Positions 12,061-26,789 of a stretch of 64,000 nt of DNA are shown here, piece by piece. A model generated the notes under the pieces. It was given only the letters and a program-made list of their open reading frames with translations, was not told the origin of the DNA and searched no databases. The stretch lies in the NCBI GenBank assembly GCA_048772705.1, contig JBLWGC010000180.1:92709-156708 (forward strand), in the 5' to 3' direction. Origin of the DNA: Leidyana gryllorum EB-2025a (lineage: Eukaryota > Protista > Apicomplexa). The translations under genes were made by a program, and so were the position numbers. Position 1 is the stretch's first letter. Each line of letters begins with the position of its first letter.

Positions 12061-12969
12061 AAGAAGCAACGTCATTATTATTAGGCTCAGACTCAAATAT
12101 AGCACCTGCTTGAGCTGTCGTCGATCTGCGGCACCTGTCAAGAAAGTGGTGCGAGACTCACTGTTTGTTTTCAGTACGAGAGCCATGCGACGCATTACTC
12201 CCCCCAAGGCCGCTCCGGTCTCGTCCACTCCAGCCTCGAAACCTTCCAACATCCTAAAAGGACTGATGAACCGTGAATTGAGCAACACTCACACGTGATG
12301 AGTGATTAGCTCCTCGTTCATCGCTCTTGCAGTTGCATTCAGGCGGTTGGCCGAAACTGCTATTTCGGTCAACATTTTGTCCTGCATACGTTCGACCTCC
12401 TGTTGTATTCCTCATCTGTATCCAAAGATTCAAGAGACTTCTACCTGTTGGTGCTCGCGCTCATTTTTAACGAACTCTGTATTCACTGTAGTCCGTTCGA
12501 ACAACGCCGCTCGGGCTATGTCAGGCGAATGAATGTGACAACGTCGTTTAGCGTCCGCCTGCGCCGAAGATCATTCAAGTGGTGTGTGCGTTGTGATCAA
12601 CTCATACCCTAGCATAGGTCAAACGCTTCTGGAACTCCTCCGCGAAAGTCTCACAGGCCTTAACGAAAGCTTTCCGGAGATCAACTTGGGCAGCTGTCAG
12701 AGCGAAACGTGCGGGGTTCATGGAGGCCACTTCGACAGTCTGCTCATGTTCCTAACAACACCAGGGGTATGTGCTAGCCTCACTTGGGAGAGCATTTTCA
12801 CTTTCTCCTTAAAGTCACCAACGCCACGATTCAATTCAATCCCTCGCGATACGTCACATATGCACCTCTGCTTCGACGTCATTTCAGCCATCAGTATATT
12901 GAGATCATTCCTCATTCTGACCATCTCGGCCTCCAGCTGGGCCTTGGCCGTGTCATAGGGGTCTTCCAT
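12052..12969 (-). CDS. Syntaxin-6/Tlg1-like Qc-SNARE, multi-exon
   Basis: N-terminus MEDPYDTAKAQLE (syntaxin-6 N motif), SNARE-like MLEGFEAGVDETGAALGGVMRRMALVLK, C-terminal TM anchor. Confidence 0.7.
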
Positions 12970-12997
12970 CCACAAAAGATGGCACAAAAATCACTAT

Positions 12998-15900
12998 ATG
13001 GGTCACACGGAAGAACGCAAGCGGCGTCGTCACCAGGATGCACAAGGCTTTCCTCTACCCAAGAAACTGAGCAGACAACGCTCAGAGTCCGGTGAACACG
13101 ATAGTTCGCCAGCGAGCGGAGGCGCCCGGGATGAAACAGCGTCTCAAGCTTCTTCCCACGCTTCCTCATGGAGGTCTCTGGCCTCTTCGCGGTTAACGCG
13201 AGACCGTATGACTGGTGGCCATATCGTTCCCAAACTCGAGGACGCGCTCAAGACGGGGAGTGTGGTGTTCTTCCAAGGCCAGAAGCCTTCTCCGAGTAGC
13301 ACCAGTGCAATCCCAACCAGGAAAACGAGTAATGTTGTAGCTCGAGTGACCGGTCTGACTGACACCAATAATAAGGGCAGTGGCAGAAACTCTGCGCTGG
13401 AAGCAACTGAATTGGAGGAACCGAAAGAGGTTCTGGAGGAGCTGTTCGAGGGCCCCACGGAAGGGGATAAAGACATCGAAGCGGATTTTGTTACTCGACT
13501 TGCCAAACAGATAGAGGAGCGGAACAATCGGGATGTTGACCGGTAAGTCCAATATCTTCATTCAACGACTGCATCTTTGCAGCCATTGGTACAACCACGA
13601 GGATACGGGCGACGTGATGGATATGGGACGAGAGTCGCTTTTCGATGGATCGGTTTTGGAGATCAAGGGAAAGGAGCAACGTTATCGGAGAGACCACGCC
13701 CGCATTCTGGCGAAGAAGAAAGCTGGTACTTGGAGCCAAGAACAAGACCGGTGGGAAGCTAATAGACTCAAAGCCGTGGGCCTTCGTCAAGAAGGACCTG
13801 ATCTCAGTGTTTTAGAAGGGTTGGATAATGACTCAAGAGCAGTTATCATCGTCAAGGACACTGCCCCTCCCTTCCTCGAAGGTCGCCACATTGCCCAAAT
13901 CACAAACGAAGAGGTATCAGTGGTCAGAGACTCGACATCTGATCTCGCTATGTGTGCGAGAAAGGGCAGTGCAGTATTGAATCGATTGCGCGAGGAGACC
14001 GAGAGGTCGAAGATGCGAGAGCGTTTCTGGGAGCTGGCTGGAACGACACTCGGGAAGGTTCTGGGGATCCAAAACGAACAAGACATCGAGGAAGAGCGAG
14101 CAGCCGACGAGGCCGCCACCTCACGGCCTCTCTCAAATTTGGGTGCTTCGTTGATACAGTCATCTCAAGGTCTACCGAGTCGCGAGACGATTAGAAAGCA
14201 GCAAGAGAATCTACCTATTAGCCGCTGCCGCGAGGACCTCATGCGAGTGATACGAGATCATCCGGTCACGATCGTAGTGGGCGAGACCGGTAGTGGCAAA
14301 ACCACACAACTCACCCAGTATCTGTACCAAGAAGGGTACGGACGACGGAAACGGCCGATGGATCGCAAGGAATACATCGACGACGCTCCTTCGCGCCGAC
14401 GGTCTCTGAACGACGACTCGGATACGTCATCATCTTCGTCAGACCGAGAGGTGTCAGAGACCCGACGCCCGCACCAAAACAACCCTCCCAATCGCGTTGT
14501 GCAAAGGAATGTGATGATCGGCTGTACCCAACCGAGACGAGTTGCTGCGGTATCGGTAGCGAAAAGGGTTGCGGACGAGTTTGGTTGTGCTCTTGGCCGC
14601 GAAGTGGGATATAGCATCCGTTTTGAAGATTGCACGACACCGGGGGTCACTCGCATCAAATATATGACAGATGCATTTCTGCTCAGAGAGATCTTGAGCG
14701 ACCCGGATTTGGAGAAGTATGACGCAATTGTCATGGATGAGGCGCACGAGCGATCACTGTCGACCGATGTGCTGTTTGGACTTCTGAAGACGCTGATCTC
14801 TCGCCGTTTCGATCTGAAGCTCATCGTAACATCGGCCACGATGAATGCAGAACGGTTCAGTGAGTTTTTCGGCCAAGCCCCCATATATAATATTCCTGGA
14901 CGAACCTATCCAGTGACCACTGAGCACATGCGGTCGGTGTGTACCGACTATGTGGATGCTGCGGTGCAGAAGTGCTTACAGATTCACTTGTCTTTCCCAT
15001 TTGACCCCGAGTCGCCGTCAGATGTGCTGATTTTCATGACCGGACAAGAGGATATTGAGGGTCTGTGCATTCTGCTCAGTGAACGAGCCGCCAGTTTGAA
15101 GGAGAAGATGTCGCCACTGTCCGTTCTACCGATATACTCTCAACTTCCGGCCGACCTGCAAGCCAAAGTGTTCGAACGATCCAAATATCGGAAAGTCATC
15201 GTCGCAACAAACATTGCGGAGACATCCTTGACTCTCGAAGGGATCAAGTTTGTGATAGACTGTGGGTTCTGCAAGTTGAAGGTGTTCTCTCCTCGGATTG
15301 GGATGGACACGCTGCAGCTGACACCCATCAGTCGTGCGAATGCCAACCAGCGGAGTGGACGTGCCGGACGTACAGCTCCTGGCATCTGTTACAGACTTTA
15401 CACCGAGAGGGCGTATGTGTCCGAAATGTTTGCCACCCAGGTGCCGGAGATTCAACGGACTAATCTGGCCCACGTTGTCCTCCTGTTGAAGTCTTTACAT
15501 GTCAAGGATCTCTTGGCATTCGATTACATGGATGCGCCCCCAAGCGAAACTATTTTGAATGCAATGACACAGCTCTGGATGCTGGGAGCGTTAGATAATG
15601 AAGGTGACCTTACCCCACTCGGAGCCAAAATGGCTCATCTGCCCGTTGACCCAAGTCTCGCAAAGATGATTCTGCTCAGCAGCAAACTGCAGTGCTCCAG
15701 CGAACTTCTAACCGTCGTGGCCATGTTGTCGGTATCGAGCATATTTTACCGACCCAAAGGTCGCGCAGAGGAGGCGGACGCCAGTAGAGAGAAGTTCGCT
15801 GTGCCGGAATCTGATCATTTGACATTGTTGAACGTGTTTCAACAATGGACAAATAATAGAAATAGTCCAGTATGGGCAGCCAAACACTTCATTCATCAAA

Positions 15901-16325
15901 AAGCCTTAACGAAAGTGCGGTCGGTGCGAGAGCAGTTACACGAAATCATCCGAGCACAGCGAATTGAGCCGGTCTCATGCGGGCAAGAGTGGACTGTGAT
16001 ACGGAAAGCCGTTAGTTCTGGTTACTTCCATCACGCAGCCAAATTGAGGGGTTTGGGAGAATACATCAATCTTCAGACCTCGCTACCCTGCCATCTGCAT
16101 CCATCCAGCTCCCTCTTCCTCAGTGGTTTGGCCCCCGAGTATGTGGTCTATCACGAAGTTATGATGACAACAAAAGAGTACATGCAGAACGTAAGGTCAT
16201 CATATTGTCAATGTGTCGCAATATTCTTCTGGTAGGTGACTGCAATCGAACCGCAGTGGCTCGCTGATCTGGGACCCATGGTATTCGCCATCAAACAAGC
16301 CGGAGGAGGCGCAGGCCGGCAATAG
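12998..16325 (+). CDS. PRP16: Pre-mRNA splicing DEAH helicase Prp16/DHX38
   Basis: GETGSGKTTQLTQYL, TQPRRVAA, MDEAH, SAT, QRSGRAGR and the Prp16-typical WELAGTTLG. Introns near 13543 and at 16191-16235. Confidence 0.92.
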
Positions 16326-17639
16326 CGACAGCCGCAAATCTTGCGATTTCAACATCGCTTTCAACGGCTGCGGCTGTTATATACCTGGGGGCACAGAGGG
16401 AGAAATTTCGATCACCGAGATGACCGTCCGTAAGTCATAGATACTACGAGAAGCAAAGTGCGGTACTTTGTCAAACAAACCTCACTCCATCGTGCGTGGG
16501 CAGTCAAGTTGGAAGTGTCCAATGATGGAAAGTCGGTCCTTCAACCTTGTTGCTGCTGTGGCATTCTGAGCTCTTTAGCTCCTCCAAAAGCTCGCTGATA
16601 GATTTCTCCACCTCACTGAACGACCTCTTCACATCGTCAGTCATCATGCTTCCTTCCATTTTCCCACGGAAGCTGAGGAAGAGACCTGCAACAGCAAATC
16701 TGTAGCGCGGATCGTGCAGTCCGAGCTTGCACATGTCCGCAAAGGCCAAGACGCATCGCGTCGCTCCATCTGCTGGCATCCTCGTACCAATCGAGTCCTG
16801 AAAGTCCTCCAAACTGTGTGGTTGAAGAAAGTGACACTCGCCGCTTCTCGGAGGCCGCTTACCTGCGGAGGAAGACGTTTGAGTCAGTTTCAGAGATTCG
16901 CCGGCAGCACGCGGTGCAGTACGCCGCCCAATTCTCTGATTGGGTCGCAGTATCGGTGTCAAGCCCAATAGGTCGCAGTCGGATCATAGAACATCTCAGC
17001 AAGTCTGCCACATCAGAGATAGACTCGATGTCTGCTTTCTCGACCAAGGCTGTGCAGACTCGCCAAACTTCTCCAGCGTCCAAGTCGCTACTCGGTGGTG
17101 TCGTGAGACGCCATAGAATACTGCTCCATTCGCGGAACTGTTCCATAGGCAATGAGGGGGAGAAGTGTTCGGAGACTTACCGACATCGCAGACTCCCACT
17201 CGGATGTACGACAGAAACCCAGTAGCTTCCTCACCAATTCAGTGTCCATAGTGTCCGTTCCGCCATCAGCAACAATACCCTCAGCCATCCGTTTTGGGAA
17301 TCCCTGGAGATCCAATTTGGTATGCAGGTAACGGACGAGACTCAACGCTCGCGGCACCGTTGCTAACAGCCGAATCAATGAGGGGTAGTCCACCCTCGTG
17401 TGACTCAGTCTCTCCCCCACCAGAGGATAGAACAGATGGCTAGCATTGAGCAGATCCTCCCAATGATCATCAGTGCCACAGAGATAATCGTCCATAGCCG
17501 TCAACTAAGATGGATTCCAGCGCACTACCACCTTCATACTCACAATCATGTCGCCGATGGTATTACCAAAAGCATCTGTGGATTGGAGTGCAGCCCACGA
17601 TTTGGTGGAGAGAAGGCTGTTGACCGAAGCTACAAACAT
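16291..17639 (-). CDS. Hypothetical helical protein, multi-exon
   Basis: Chained minus ORFs 17088-17504, 16859-17152 and 16504-16968 with short introns. The putative ATG 17639 and TGA 16291 were read manually. Confidence 0.45.
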
Positions 17640-20600
17640 GGGATGTGACGCGAGTTCAAAAAGGGTATATGTCTTTTTAACTTGTTTAATGCGAGTTCAC
17701 GAGCTTGGAGTCTGGTTTCCTGCGAACAGAGAGAGGTTAGGAATAATTGTGTTAGACTTACTCGACTCTCCACTGCCAGCCACTGAGCATTAATCTCGTA
17801 CAACTCCACGGTATACAGTCTGTAGAGTGAGTCGCTCTGCAAGAGCAGTTGTGGCAGTATTCCGGTGTCGAATATTCTGGCAATCCCATTAGCTTCCTTC
17901 TTCGCTTCTGTGCGCTCTAAATCTGACATCGCGCTCTCCTCTTTGCAAATTGACATGCAGTCGTTATATCGAGAGATTTGTGTTCTGATAGATCAATTGT
18001 GACCGAGCTATCCTGCAGGCACGGCTCACCTTATCAGGTGCAAGAAAGCTTCAGCAACATTTTCCCACAGCAGTTGTAGCAGCGGCCAATCTTCTTGGGT
18101 TCGAAAGTCGCGCAATGCCCGACTATCCCCATCGCTGGCGAACATGCTCCGCAGATTTCTCATCCGGTCTTGAACCGATCGTACATCGTCCTCACTGGGT
18201 GTTGGACTGACCCGTTGAAGATTATACTGGATCTTCCCAGCCACGTCTCCCGTGTGACGTAGCACTTGCCCGAGCATACGAGTTAGGATGAACAGAGACT
18301 CTCTCTCTTGACGAGTCAGTCCAGGAAGGGTTGGGAGATTAGTCATAAACCCACGCAACTGGAGATCCTTCCGCTTCTCGACACTGGCGTTGAATCCCCG
18401 TGCAAACTCGAAAGACTCATCCAATGCCACGACAAATTCCATCCATGCCCCGCACGGCATATTGAGCAGATGGTCTTCTAAACAAGCGTCGACCTGCGGT
18501 TTCAAAGATTGAACACCTCCCGGCGGTTCGCAGAACTTCTTCTTATAGGCTGCAGATGTTGCTTCCAATAAATACAATTGCACAATTGCTTTCGACACGA
18601 CTTCGTTTTCGACCACAGCTGTCTCGCTTAGAGCGCCGTCGACCTCAGTCAAAGAGAGAAGATCGACCGGGCGGGATGTTGTCCACATATGCTACACAGA
18701 AGGTAAAGTCAACATGTCTCTCGCGGCGACCTTACCATGATCAGATCTTTCAATATGATCCATTGAGACGCACTCATCTTCTCACCCAGATGCTCCAGCA
18801 TGTACGACATCATGGACTGTCCGAGGTGGGATAACTTCTCGCTCGACGATGTGAAGTAATACCCCAACACATAGAGATACCCACAAAGCAACTCGTTACT
18901 GGTGGCTATAGAATTGCGATCCACGAATTACTCTCAAAATAGGGTCGCTTACCAACACCTGTGACGTTCACGAACAGCTGCGTCAGTGATCTGAAGACCA
19001 GTGATGCGGTAGTGGAGGCCCACTCGCAGGGCGGCGCCTTCTGACCATCGCGTTCTGCCATTATCACTTCGGTGGTCCTCACGGCACCTGGCTTCTCGGA
19101 CAAGTTTTCCAAGTCGATCTCCAACTCTGCCTGCGTGAGCAGATGGCCGAGAGGGACCACAGGAGTAGCTTCCTGATCCAGAAACTTCGCTAGGAGGAGG
19201 CATAATGGAACGAGGATTTGCTCAAAGACCATTTTCCAGTTCCGTCGTCTCAAAAGGGTGGGACCACAAGTGGTCAATAGGGCGAAGAGTATATCGACAC
19301 ACTGATATCTCAATTGATAACTCAACGAAGGGGCGCAGATGGTTTGAGAGAAACTTCGTATGAGCGGCCAGACGAAGAGATTGAGGTAAGCCTCCCTCTC
19401 CGGCAGTTGATGTAACGCTTCTCGTTTGCTCAGTATACCACTTTGCGATCTCAAGATCTCGTTTACCTTCCAATACACTTTTTGTGATGGATGATCCTGA
19501 CCGGAGATCCGAGCTTGAGACACATCCTCTAAGCTGCATAAGCCACATGGGTACCCCAACTCCTTCAGGGGCTTCACACTGGGTGATGCAGCTTCCATGG
19601 CTGTTACCGCACGGCTCATAGTCATGATGGCAGGAGTCGTGGTGGGCTGAGGTGCAGTAGGGACTTGAGGGGAGACCTGGGTGAGTGCACGGGCTCGGAT
19701 GGGGGGGCTCCCCTCCGGGTCTGTCTGGACAGCCCCGAGAGTGTCTCCAGCGACTAAACAGCCCAGTGCATCAAGAATGGTCAATGCCGCACTTGGAAGA
19801 CTCTCCACGGTGAGTTCATGAGAGAAGACACCGGTGTCGTCGCTCATTAACCCATGATCTTTGACCGCCTTATCATTGGTCACCCGGGCAAAAGGTACGA
19901 CCAAGAGAACATAGCGATTGAGACAATAAACCAAGTTGGCGAAAGTCATTAACAAAGCTGGACTGAACAGATCCAAGGCGATTTCAAGACACTGAAAGGG
20001 CAGCGAGCATACTTCGGGCATTTACTCTGCTGAGCTCACCCGGAAACTGATCATCATTCGCTCTTGGGTAATTGTACTTGTCTCCAACAGATCATATTCC
20101 TTGACATCAGAGCCCGTGGGGATCTTTGCACTCAGAGTGTTGAGGATGGGCAGCCAGCCTTCCACCAAAAGATGACCCCTGGTTTTGACAACGTTGGAGC
20201 AGATTCGAACTATGAACTCTCGTGTAGGTTCTGGCGCTCGGTCGAATACGGTCTGCCCGATATCGGAGGAAGCGTACACAGGACGGTCGACTCACCGGCA
20301 AGCTATTGAAGAAGAGCTCTTGACCCAATGACCGGTGCGTGTCGAGAACTGCCATACAAATCTGTTTCAATACATCACAAGCGTAGAGGGCGACACTTGG
20401 GTCCGGATGCAATGCGACTGAGATCAGATGTGGCAATATCATCTCTTTCATGAGCTGGGTGGTCTCCTTCACAGGTCGTGTCGACATGAGCAGATCCGTG
20501 AGGTCCAAGAGGGGTCGCAGGGATCCCACACGAATGGATTTGTCATGATGAGTGAACTCGACCTCCAGATTGGAGGGCACACGCACTTTCGGCGCCCGGG

Positions 20601-23600
20601 GCACCCAGCACCCCAAACCATACTGATTACTCCACGCCGCTCGTAGTTCCGCTCTGCTAGACAATGGCAATGTGTACGATTGAGCTTACACGCAAATCTG
20701 AATGTATGAGTGAACAAAAGTGTGAGTTGATGGGTAACTCAAGTGAGGAATCACTGCCAACACTGCCTCAGTTTCGAGAACGTTCATGTGAGAGGCGAAA
20801 CTTTCAGCCGCTTTCAACTCTTCGACCCAATAGCGTGACAAGTCCGCTTGAGAGGGCCGCGGTTTTTCCACACTCCCCACTCGCCACACCGAAGTTAAAG
20901 ACTTAGTGTCATGCCCAGGTATACTTTCGAAAGTAGCAGCATCTTGTTCCATCGATTTGGATGCGTGAGTGGACTGTACATTCCTACTCATACTACTCGA
21001 CTTCCGATATCCGTTGGGTGTGGCAGTACCACTTTCAGAACGAATTGTATCTCCGGTGACATTTCGCAGCGACAATTGCGAATTCCGCCACCATAAAAGC
21101 ACCCGATTTACTGCAATCAGGTATTCGTGCTAGGACATTAGTGGTCTTACCAAAAGTCAGATTCTCCCAAGAAGGCGGCAGAAGGCCATTGAAAGCAGCC
21201 AGAGGAACCGTTGGTCCGCTCGTGACCTGTCCCTGGGCATTCGCCAGACTGGCTCGTATCAGGTTGGCTTTATTGAATATCGCACTGAGGCGCTCGACTT
21301 CAGAGAGACAGATCAATATGACAGGCCACGCCTCGCCCACGGCATCGGACTTCTGGACAGCGAAATCCAGTAGTCTCTGATGAAGGGAGCCTACAACTCC
21401 AAAATTCAATGACTCACCTTGACAGCTTCCGCATGTCTCATACCCAATGGGCCTTTGCGCCTCATTAGACCCGTGAGGATGCCAAGTGTTCCAATGGCTT
21501 CATATAGCTCAGGTCCCAAGTTCAAGGAAGAACAGAGGAAACCCAATGTACACAATCCGCTCAGAGCGTTCCCCAAGGCTGGACTCAACAAAGTGGCCTC
21601 GACCGGAGATTGGTCGACATACGCGCTCAATCCGACCCTGAGCGGTCGGCTCAGAGACTTGACAAAATACGGTAACAGAGCCATTTTGTGAGACACAGGA
21701 GCTTCCTTCCACCCGTCTTTCTCCGGGGGCGGTGGGTTCCGTGCCTTGCCCGAACCAGAAAACAAAGTATCATATCGCAGCATTATCCACTTGCATTCGA
21801 GAGCGTGAGCGGTGGCTCTCCGTTGCTTGGAAGAGTTGACGCCAACACTTCCTCCTAAGCTCAAAGCTTCCCGCGCGGCAACATCACTCGCCAATCCACT
21901 CCATTCTTCCACTAAAGGAACATAAGCAGCGCGCAATGGGGGAGGGCTCACGAGTGATGTCGAAAGTTGCGTTTTCTGTGCACCATTCCTCTGCTACAAT
22001 ACGGTCATATAAATTCTCCAAGAATTCTTGAGTCAGTCGACTCCCGCCGTCGATTGAGCTGGTATTTCGGACGAATTGTTCCTTCGTCATCTTATTCTCG
22101 GGCTTGATCTCGCGGCTGTGTGCATCAGTATGGAGCATCATGAGAGAGAAGACAATGACGAAGGCCAGATCTGCTGGAGACATCTGCTCCTTCTCAGCTG
22201 CATACGTTGAGACAGCATTCCCTTCACTCAGTTGCGGTTCAGTGTGGCCCTGCTGGTCGGCTACAGTCTCGCCGCTTTTATTGAGGGGTCCCGGGGGAGC
22301 ACTCGTGACCGGCGCGGTTGCCTCAGGGATCACTTCTGATACACTTTCACGGCCGAAAACGGGGTGTTTCGGGTTGTCCCGGATGTACGCGTGAGCGAAG
22401 GCTTCCAAGACTCGGTCGATTTTTTGTGCCTCCCCTGGCAGTCGAAAGACTTGTAGAAACTTGCGAAGGGCAATGTCAATCTCGAGATTCTGCTCCAACA
22501 GACCACTTCAAGTCGGAACGGCTACGAAAGAGAACTCACACTCAGATCTTGCACTTCGAGAATTTCATTGAGCACAGCTTTGGGCAACTCAGTGGGTCCG
22601 CCCAGCCAATTTCCAATGCCATTCTTGTCATGAGGAGCTTCGGCAGTGAGGATGAAAGCGGCAACTGATTTGGAGTCTTTCTGCAGATCACATTCTTAAG
22701 CAACACATGGAGGATCGGACTGTACCTGAAGCAGCTTTTTGCTCCAAAGGTCTTCAAATGCCTGTTCAGGACTTTCCCCCATTTGTACCATGATACGGCT
22801 CAGCGCCAGCCGACATAACAATCGGCGTTCCAAAGCAGCTTCCATTCCAAGGTTACTGGATTGGTTAGGATTGCTGTCGACGAGCAAACCTGTAGAGTCT
22901 TCGCGTTGAATATTCGAGCTCTGGCTCGAGGTCTCAGTCAAAATTCGTCCAATCTCGATGTCATCATCCGTTATGTAAGTCTTTAATCCTTGCGTCGTCC
23001 AAGAGGGAGTATCGAGCTGGAGAACACGAGTATTCCGAGAGCTTTCCTCCGAGCTTCGAGGGAAGGCCACATCTCGACACCACTCCCAGATGCCTTGACA
23101 AAGAGAGTAGAGGACCTGAACCATCTCGTCTTTTAACTTGGCAGTTGACGGCTGTTGCTGCATTGGAATGAGCTTGGCCAGGGTGGCCGCGAGGTGCCGT
23201 AGTACAGCGGCCCGGTGGTAGCTCAGGTCATAATGCAGAAAGATTCTCATCGAGAGCTGTGGGTCACCGCATAATTTGACCAGACCTAAGAGCAGTCGAG
23301 ACTTGAGCTCTTGGGAGGTATGTGGACTGATGATCAGGCGGACCGAGAGTATATCCAAGGTGAAGGCTACCTCTGCGGTCGCATTTTTCTGTGTGGAGTG
23401 AAGGGGAGCTCCTAAGCATTGCTTACCCACCCGGAATTCACAAAGTAGTTGAAGCAGAAGGTGTGTTGCTACCAATGCAATCCTGTGGCCACGTCAGAGA
23501 TCACCGTACGCCCACTTACGGTTCCAAAGATGAGATAACTAGGCGTATCAAAGCTCTGAAGAGATGTTCTTTGAGGTGGTCAACGAATGAACTTGTCGCT

Positions 23601-24821
23601 TTGAGCAAAACTCCCTCTTTCGTCAACAACTTGGAAAGCAATTCTGCAGAAGCTTTCACTGCTTTCAAGTTGTCGTCACTGGTTAAAGGTCGATTCATGT
23701 TTGCGGTGAAGAAGCGGACGGCTTGCATAGCATCTTGAATAGCCTCGATGAACGCTGAAGATGATCCCAGCGCCAGCGAGAGATTTCTAGTGTTGATGGA
23801 AGGTATACTAGGTGAGTTTGGGGATTGCTCGGAATTAGCTGTAGGGCTCGCCAAACTCAGCATATGACTGATTTGGGCCAGTTCAATTGGTTATACACCC
23901 TCGTTGGACTCACCTCTCTCGTTCTGGAGTGGTTGCATTTTCTTGAACGTGCATCAAAGCTGTCTTGTATGCATGATGGAGGTTGTGCAGTAGGGCACCG
24001 ATGATGGCGTTGAGAGCATCCTGAGATTTTCTACTGACGTTGGGTGTACGACTCTCCGCTGATTGTTTGCTGATGAATTGTATGACGGTTGTGAGGGTAC
24101 TTCCATGACAGCAGTTTCCCTGTGGGTTAGCCACAAATTGGCGGAGTGTTTTGATCAACTCTGCTTGTACAGTGGCATCATCAGAGACTCCGACTTTCTC
24201 CATCAGATCGCGCACGACCACATCGGCGAGAACGCCAAAGTGAGCGTTTGGGCTGGCCTGCCCTTCGCTCATAGCCGAAGAGTTCAATCGTATACGAATA
24301 CTGAAGAAGTTTGCAGAAGCCAGTTGCTGCAAGCCTTCCAGAGTCGCCAGTAACACCCGTTGCGACAGCAAACTCATCGCCTTTTCAAAGGGTGAGTATA
24401 GATCTCCCGCCAGTGACTCGCATTGATCTCGCAGGGCCTCCTCCAACCGGTCCTCAACCTCGGCTGGTGGTGGTGCGGCTGCTGGTCCAGCAGGATGTAG
24501 TAGTGTCGAACCGAACTTTGTAGACTTACCCGACGGCTTACGAGACTTGAGCGGCTCCATCGAATTGCTATGTTGCCGTCGGAAGTGACTCCTCAACTCT
24601 GCGCGCAGATTCGCCAGTCGCGTAAGGCATTCTATGCATTCTTGTTTCAGCTCTTTGTGACGAGTCTTGCTGAGACTGCTGCTCAGATTGGACAGTGACT
24701 GATCAGCGGCCTCCCAAAGGGTTTGCGAGAAGGATATATTGACATTATCCTGTGGCACCTCCGATATACTCTCCACAGGGGCAGTGTTCACAGACCCACG
24801 GAAAAACCTGCGCACGGGCAT
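17630..24821 (-). CDS. Large Sec7-domain ARF guanine-nucleotide exchange factor (BIG/Sec7 type), multi-exon
   Basis: [25 protein letters not shown] and [21 protein letters not shown] Sec7 motifs, plus DCB/HUS-like (IFLHYD) and HDS-like flanking ORFs. Confidence 0.9.
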
Positions 24822-24999
24822 TCCTAAAGGCCATGTCGTATAATAAAATATGGTCTCTGGGGATACAACTGTTCCAACTAACTGTGTTATGCGACTAGTT
24901 ACTACCTAATTGTGGAAAGAAGTGTACCAAGCGGCTAAATACTGCACAGGGTGTGCGCTACAACGGCCACCATTTTGTGAAGCTAGGCGAAAATTTGAG

Positions 25000-25529
25000 A
25001 TGGCAGGCCCCTGTGAATTGGAAACACGCGCCAAGTACTATGTGCTGAAGCAGGGAGGGGCTCCGCCTCCGCGAACCGAGGTTCCAGCGCCCGCTGCGAA
25101 GCCTGTCGCTAAGAAGCCAAAGGCTGTAAGTTCGGCATTCGGGAAGATGTTCAAATTGGTGCGCAGCCGGTTATTGCCAAGAGCAGCGTTACTTTGAAAG
25201 TGTGGCCTGAAGACCCCGAGAAGCCTATCACGGATATCTACGAGTCTAAGGTGAAGACTATCGATATCAAAGGCCTGGTTTGGGGCAAGCCATTTTCGGT
25301 GGTGAATGGACCCTACGGTCTGAAAGGACTCCAATTCGGCTGTGTCATTGAGGACGAGCTCGTCAAGTTGGATGACATAGAAGAGGCTATCGAAACCATT
25401 GATTTGTCACCAGAGCACGTGACCAAGTATCTCGAGATGCGAAGAAATGGCACTCTCGATGAGGTTGAGGAGGAGTGGCCTAACAAGATTGTTGGCAGTG
25501 TTGAAATTGTGTCATTCCAAAAGATTTGA
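25000..25529 (+). CDS. Translation elongation factor 1-beta/delta (GEF domain)
   Basis: After intron 25126-25166 the product reads PVIAKSSVTLKVWP...GLVWG...YGLKGLQ..CVIEDELV...SVEIVSFQKI. Confidence 0.85.
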
Positions 25530-25617
25530 TTCCGCGGACCACCTTTCCTAGTAAAACTGCATTTCGCAATATCGCAGTAGTCTGATCATGAAGCCTTAAG
25601 GGCTAAGCTAGCAATCA

Positions 25618-26779
25618 TCATCGGCGGGTTGAGCCGCTGAGCGTCGCCGCTCGTCTAGCTTGGCGGCAGGGAGACACAGATAGTACTTCTTTGTATGCAA
25701 ACGATTTGAGGCGACTTCCGAAGTTCAGGGGTCGTTCACAGCGACCCCCGTCCTTCGTCGGATCGTCGCAATACGAAGAAGTAGTGGTATACTCCCGTAC
25801 GGACATTGATCCCCGAGCGGGCACAGAAGACTCTCCATCACTTTCGCCGGCCTTGTAGTCCTCTGTTAACAAAACCTCCATGGAGTCCTTGCGGGGCACC
25901 AAGAAGAACGCAGAAATGCCCAGCACGGTCTTCCATTCCTCTCGCAGACGTGCCCAATTGTGTATTAAATAAAACTGGTGGGTGATGCACAATGATCGTA
26001 CGCCTTACCAACTTGTGTGTGGTGACAATTGTAGTTAGGCCAGCTAAGAAGATTACGAAAGAGTATACATTACGGAAATCCAAGCCCGGGTATATGGGCT
26101 CTCCCGAAGCTAAAACAGTAGAGACGTGCAGCACCCTGGCGGTATACGTCATTGGGATAACGGTCACAGCTTACGTATAAAAGGACGCGAAACCATAGAC
26201 GAACTTCAGGTTCCGAAGTTGGAAACCTGCAAATCTATAGAGGTAGTCGAACACCATCAGGACCAAACCCATGCCGTGCATATTGATTTCCCACGTAATC
26301 CGGCGCCACGGCTCTGCAGGATAGACACAAAACCAGAAGAAGAGGCTCACGACCACTTGCGTGGCGAAGCTTAGTTCAGATAGAGCTTGTGCGATCGTGG
26401 TCGCAACTTCGCTGACTGGCTGCTTCTGCCAGCGAGCCAAAGAATCTAGATAGAGAGTATAAAGGAAGTACACATGGACCATCGACCATCCCCAAGCCGT
26501 TAAATACTTGAAGTAGGTGTACCAAGGATCACAAGTGATGAAGAGAAGGTATGCAATGACTAACATGTATATGTTAACTAGAACTTTAGCCGTCAGCGAC
26601 TTCCAATGATGGTTCACCATATACACTCGCACTAGCCGCCTATGTCTGGCGATCAGACGGGGTGGAACAGGATCATGCTGTACGGGAACGTCATGATCAT
26701 AAGACAGCACCGAGCTGCTCCGTCGTCCTCGGTATCTCTCGCGCCCACGTGATGTCGGAGCAGAGTTGGATAAGGTCAT
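25618..26779 (-). CDS. Multi-TM protein, FAR-17a/AIG1/rolling-stone-like
   Basis: KYLTAWG, VVSLFFW, NMHG and PIYPGLDF motifs, with several TM helices. Confidence 0.6.
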
Positions 26780-26789
26780 AATTTTAGAT

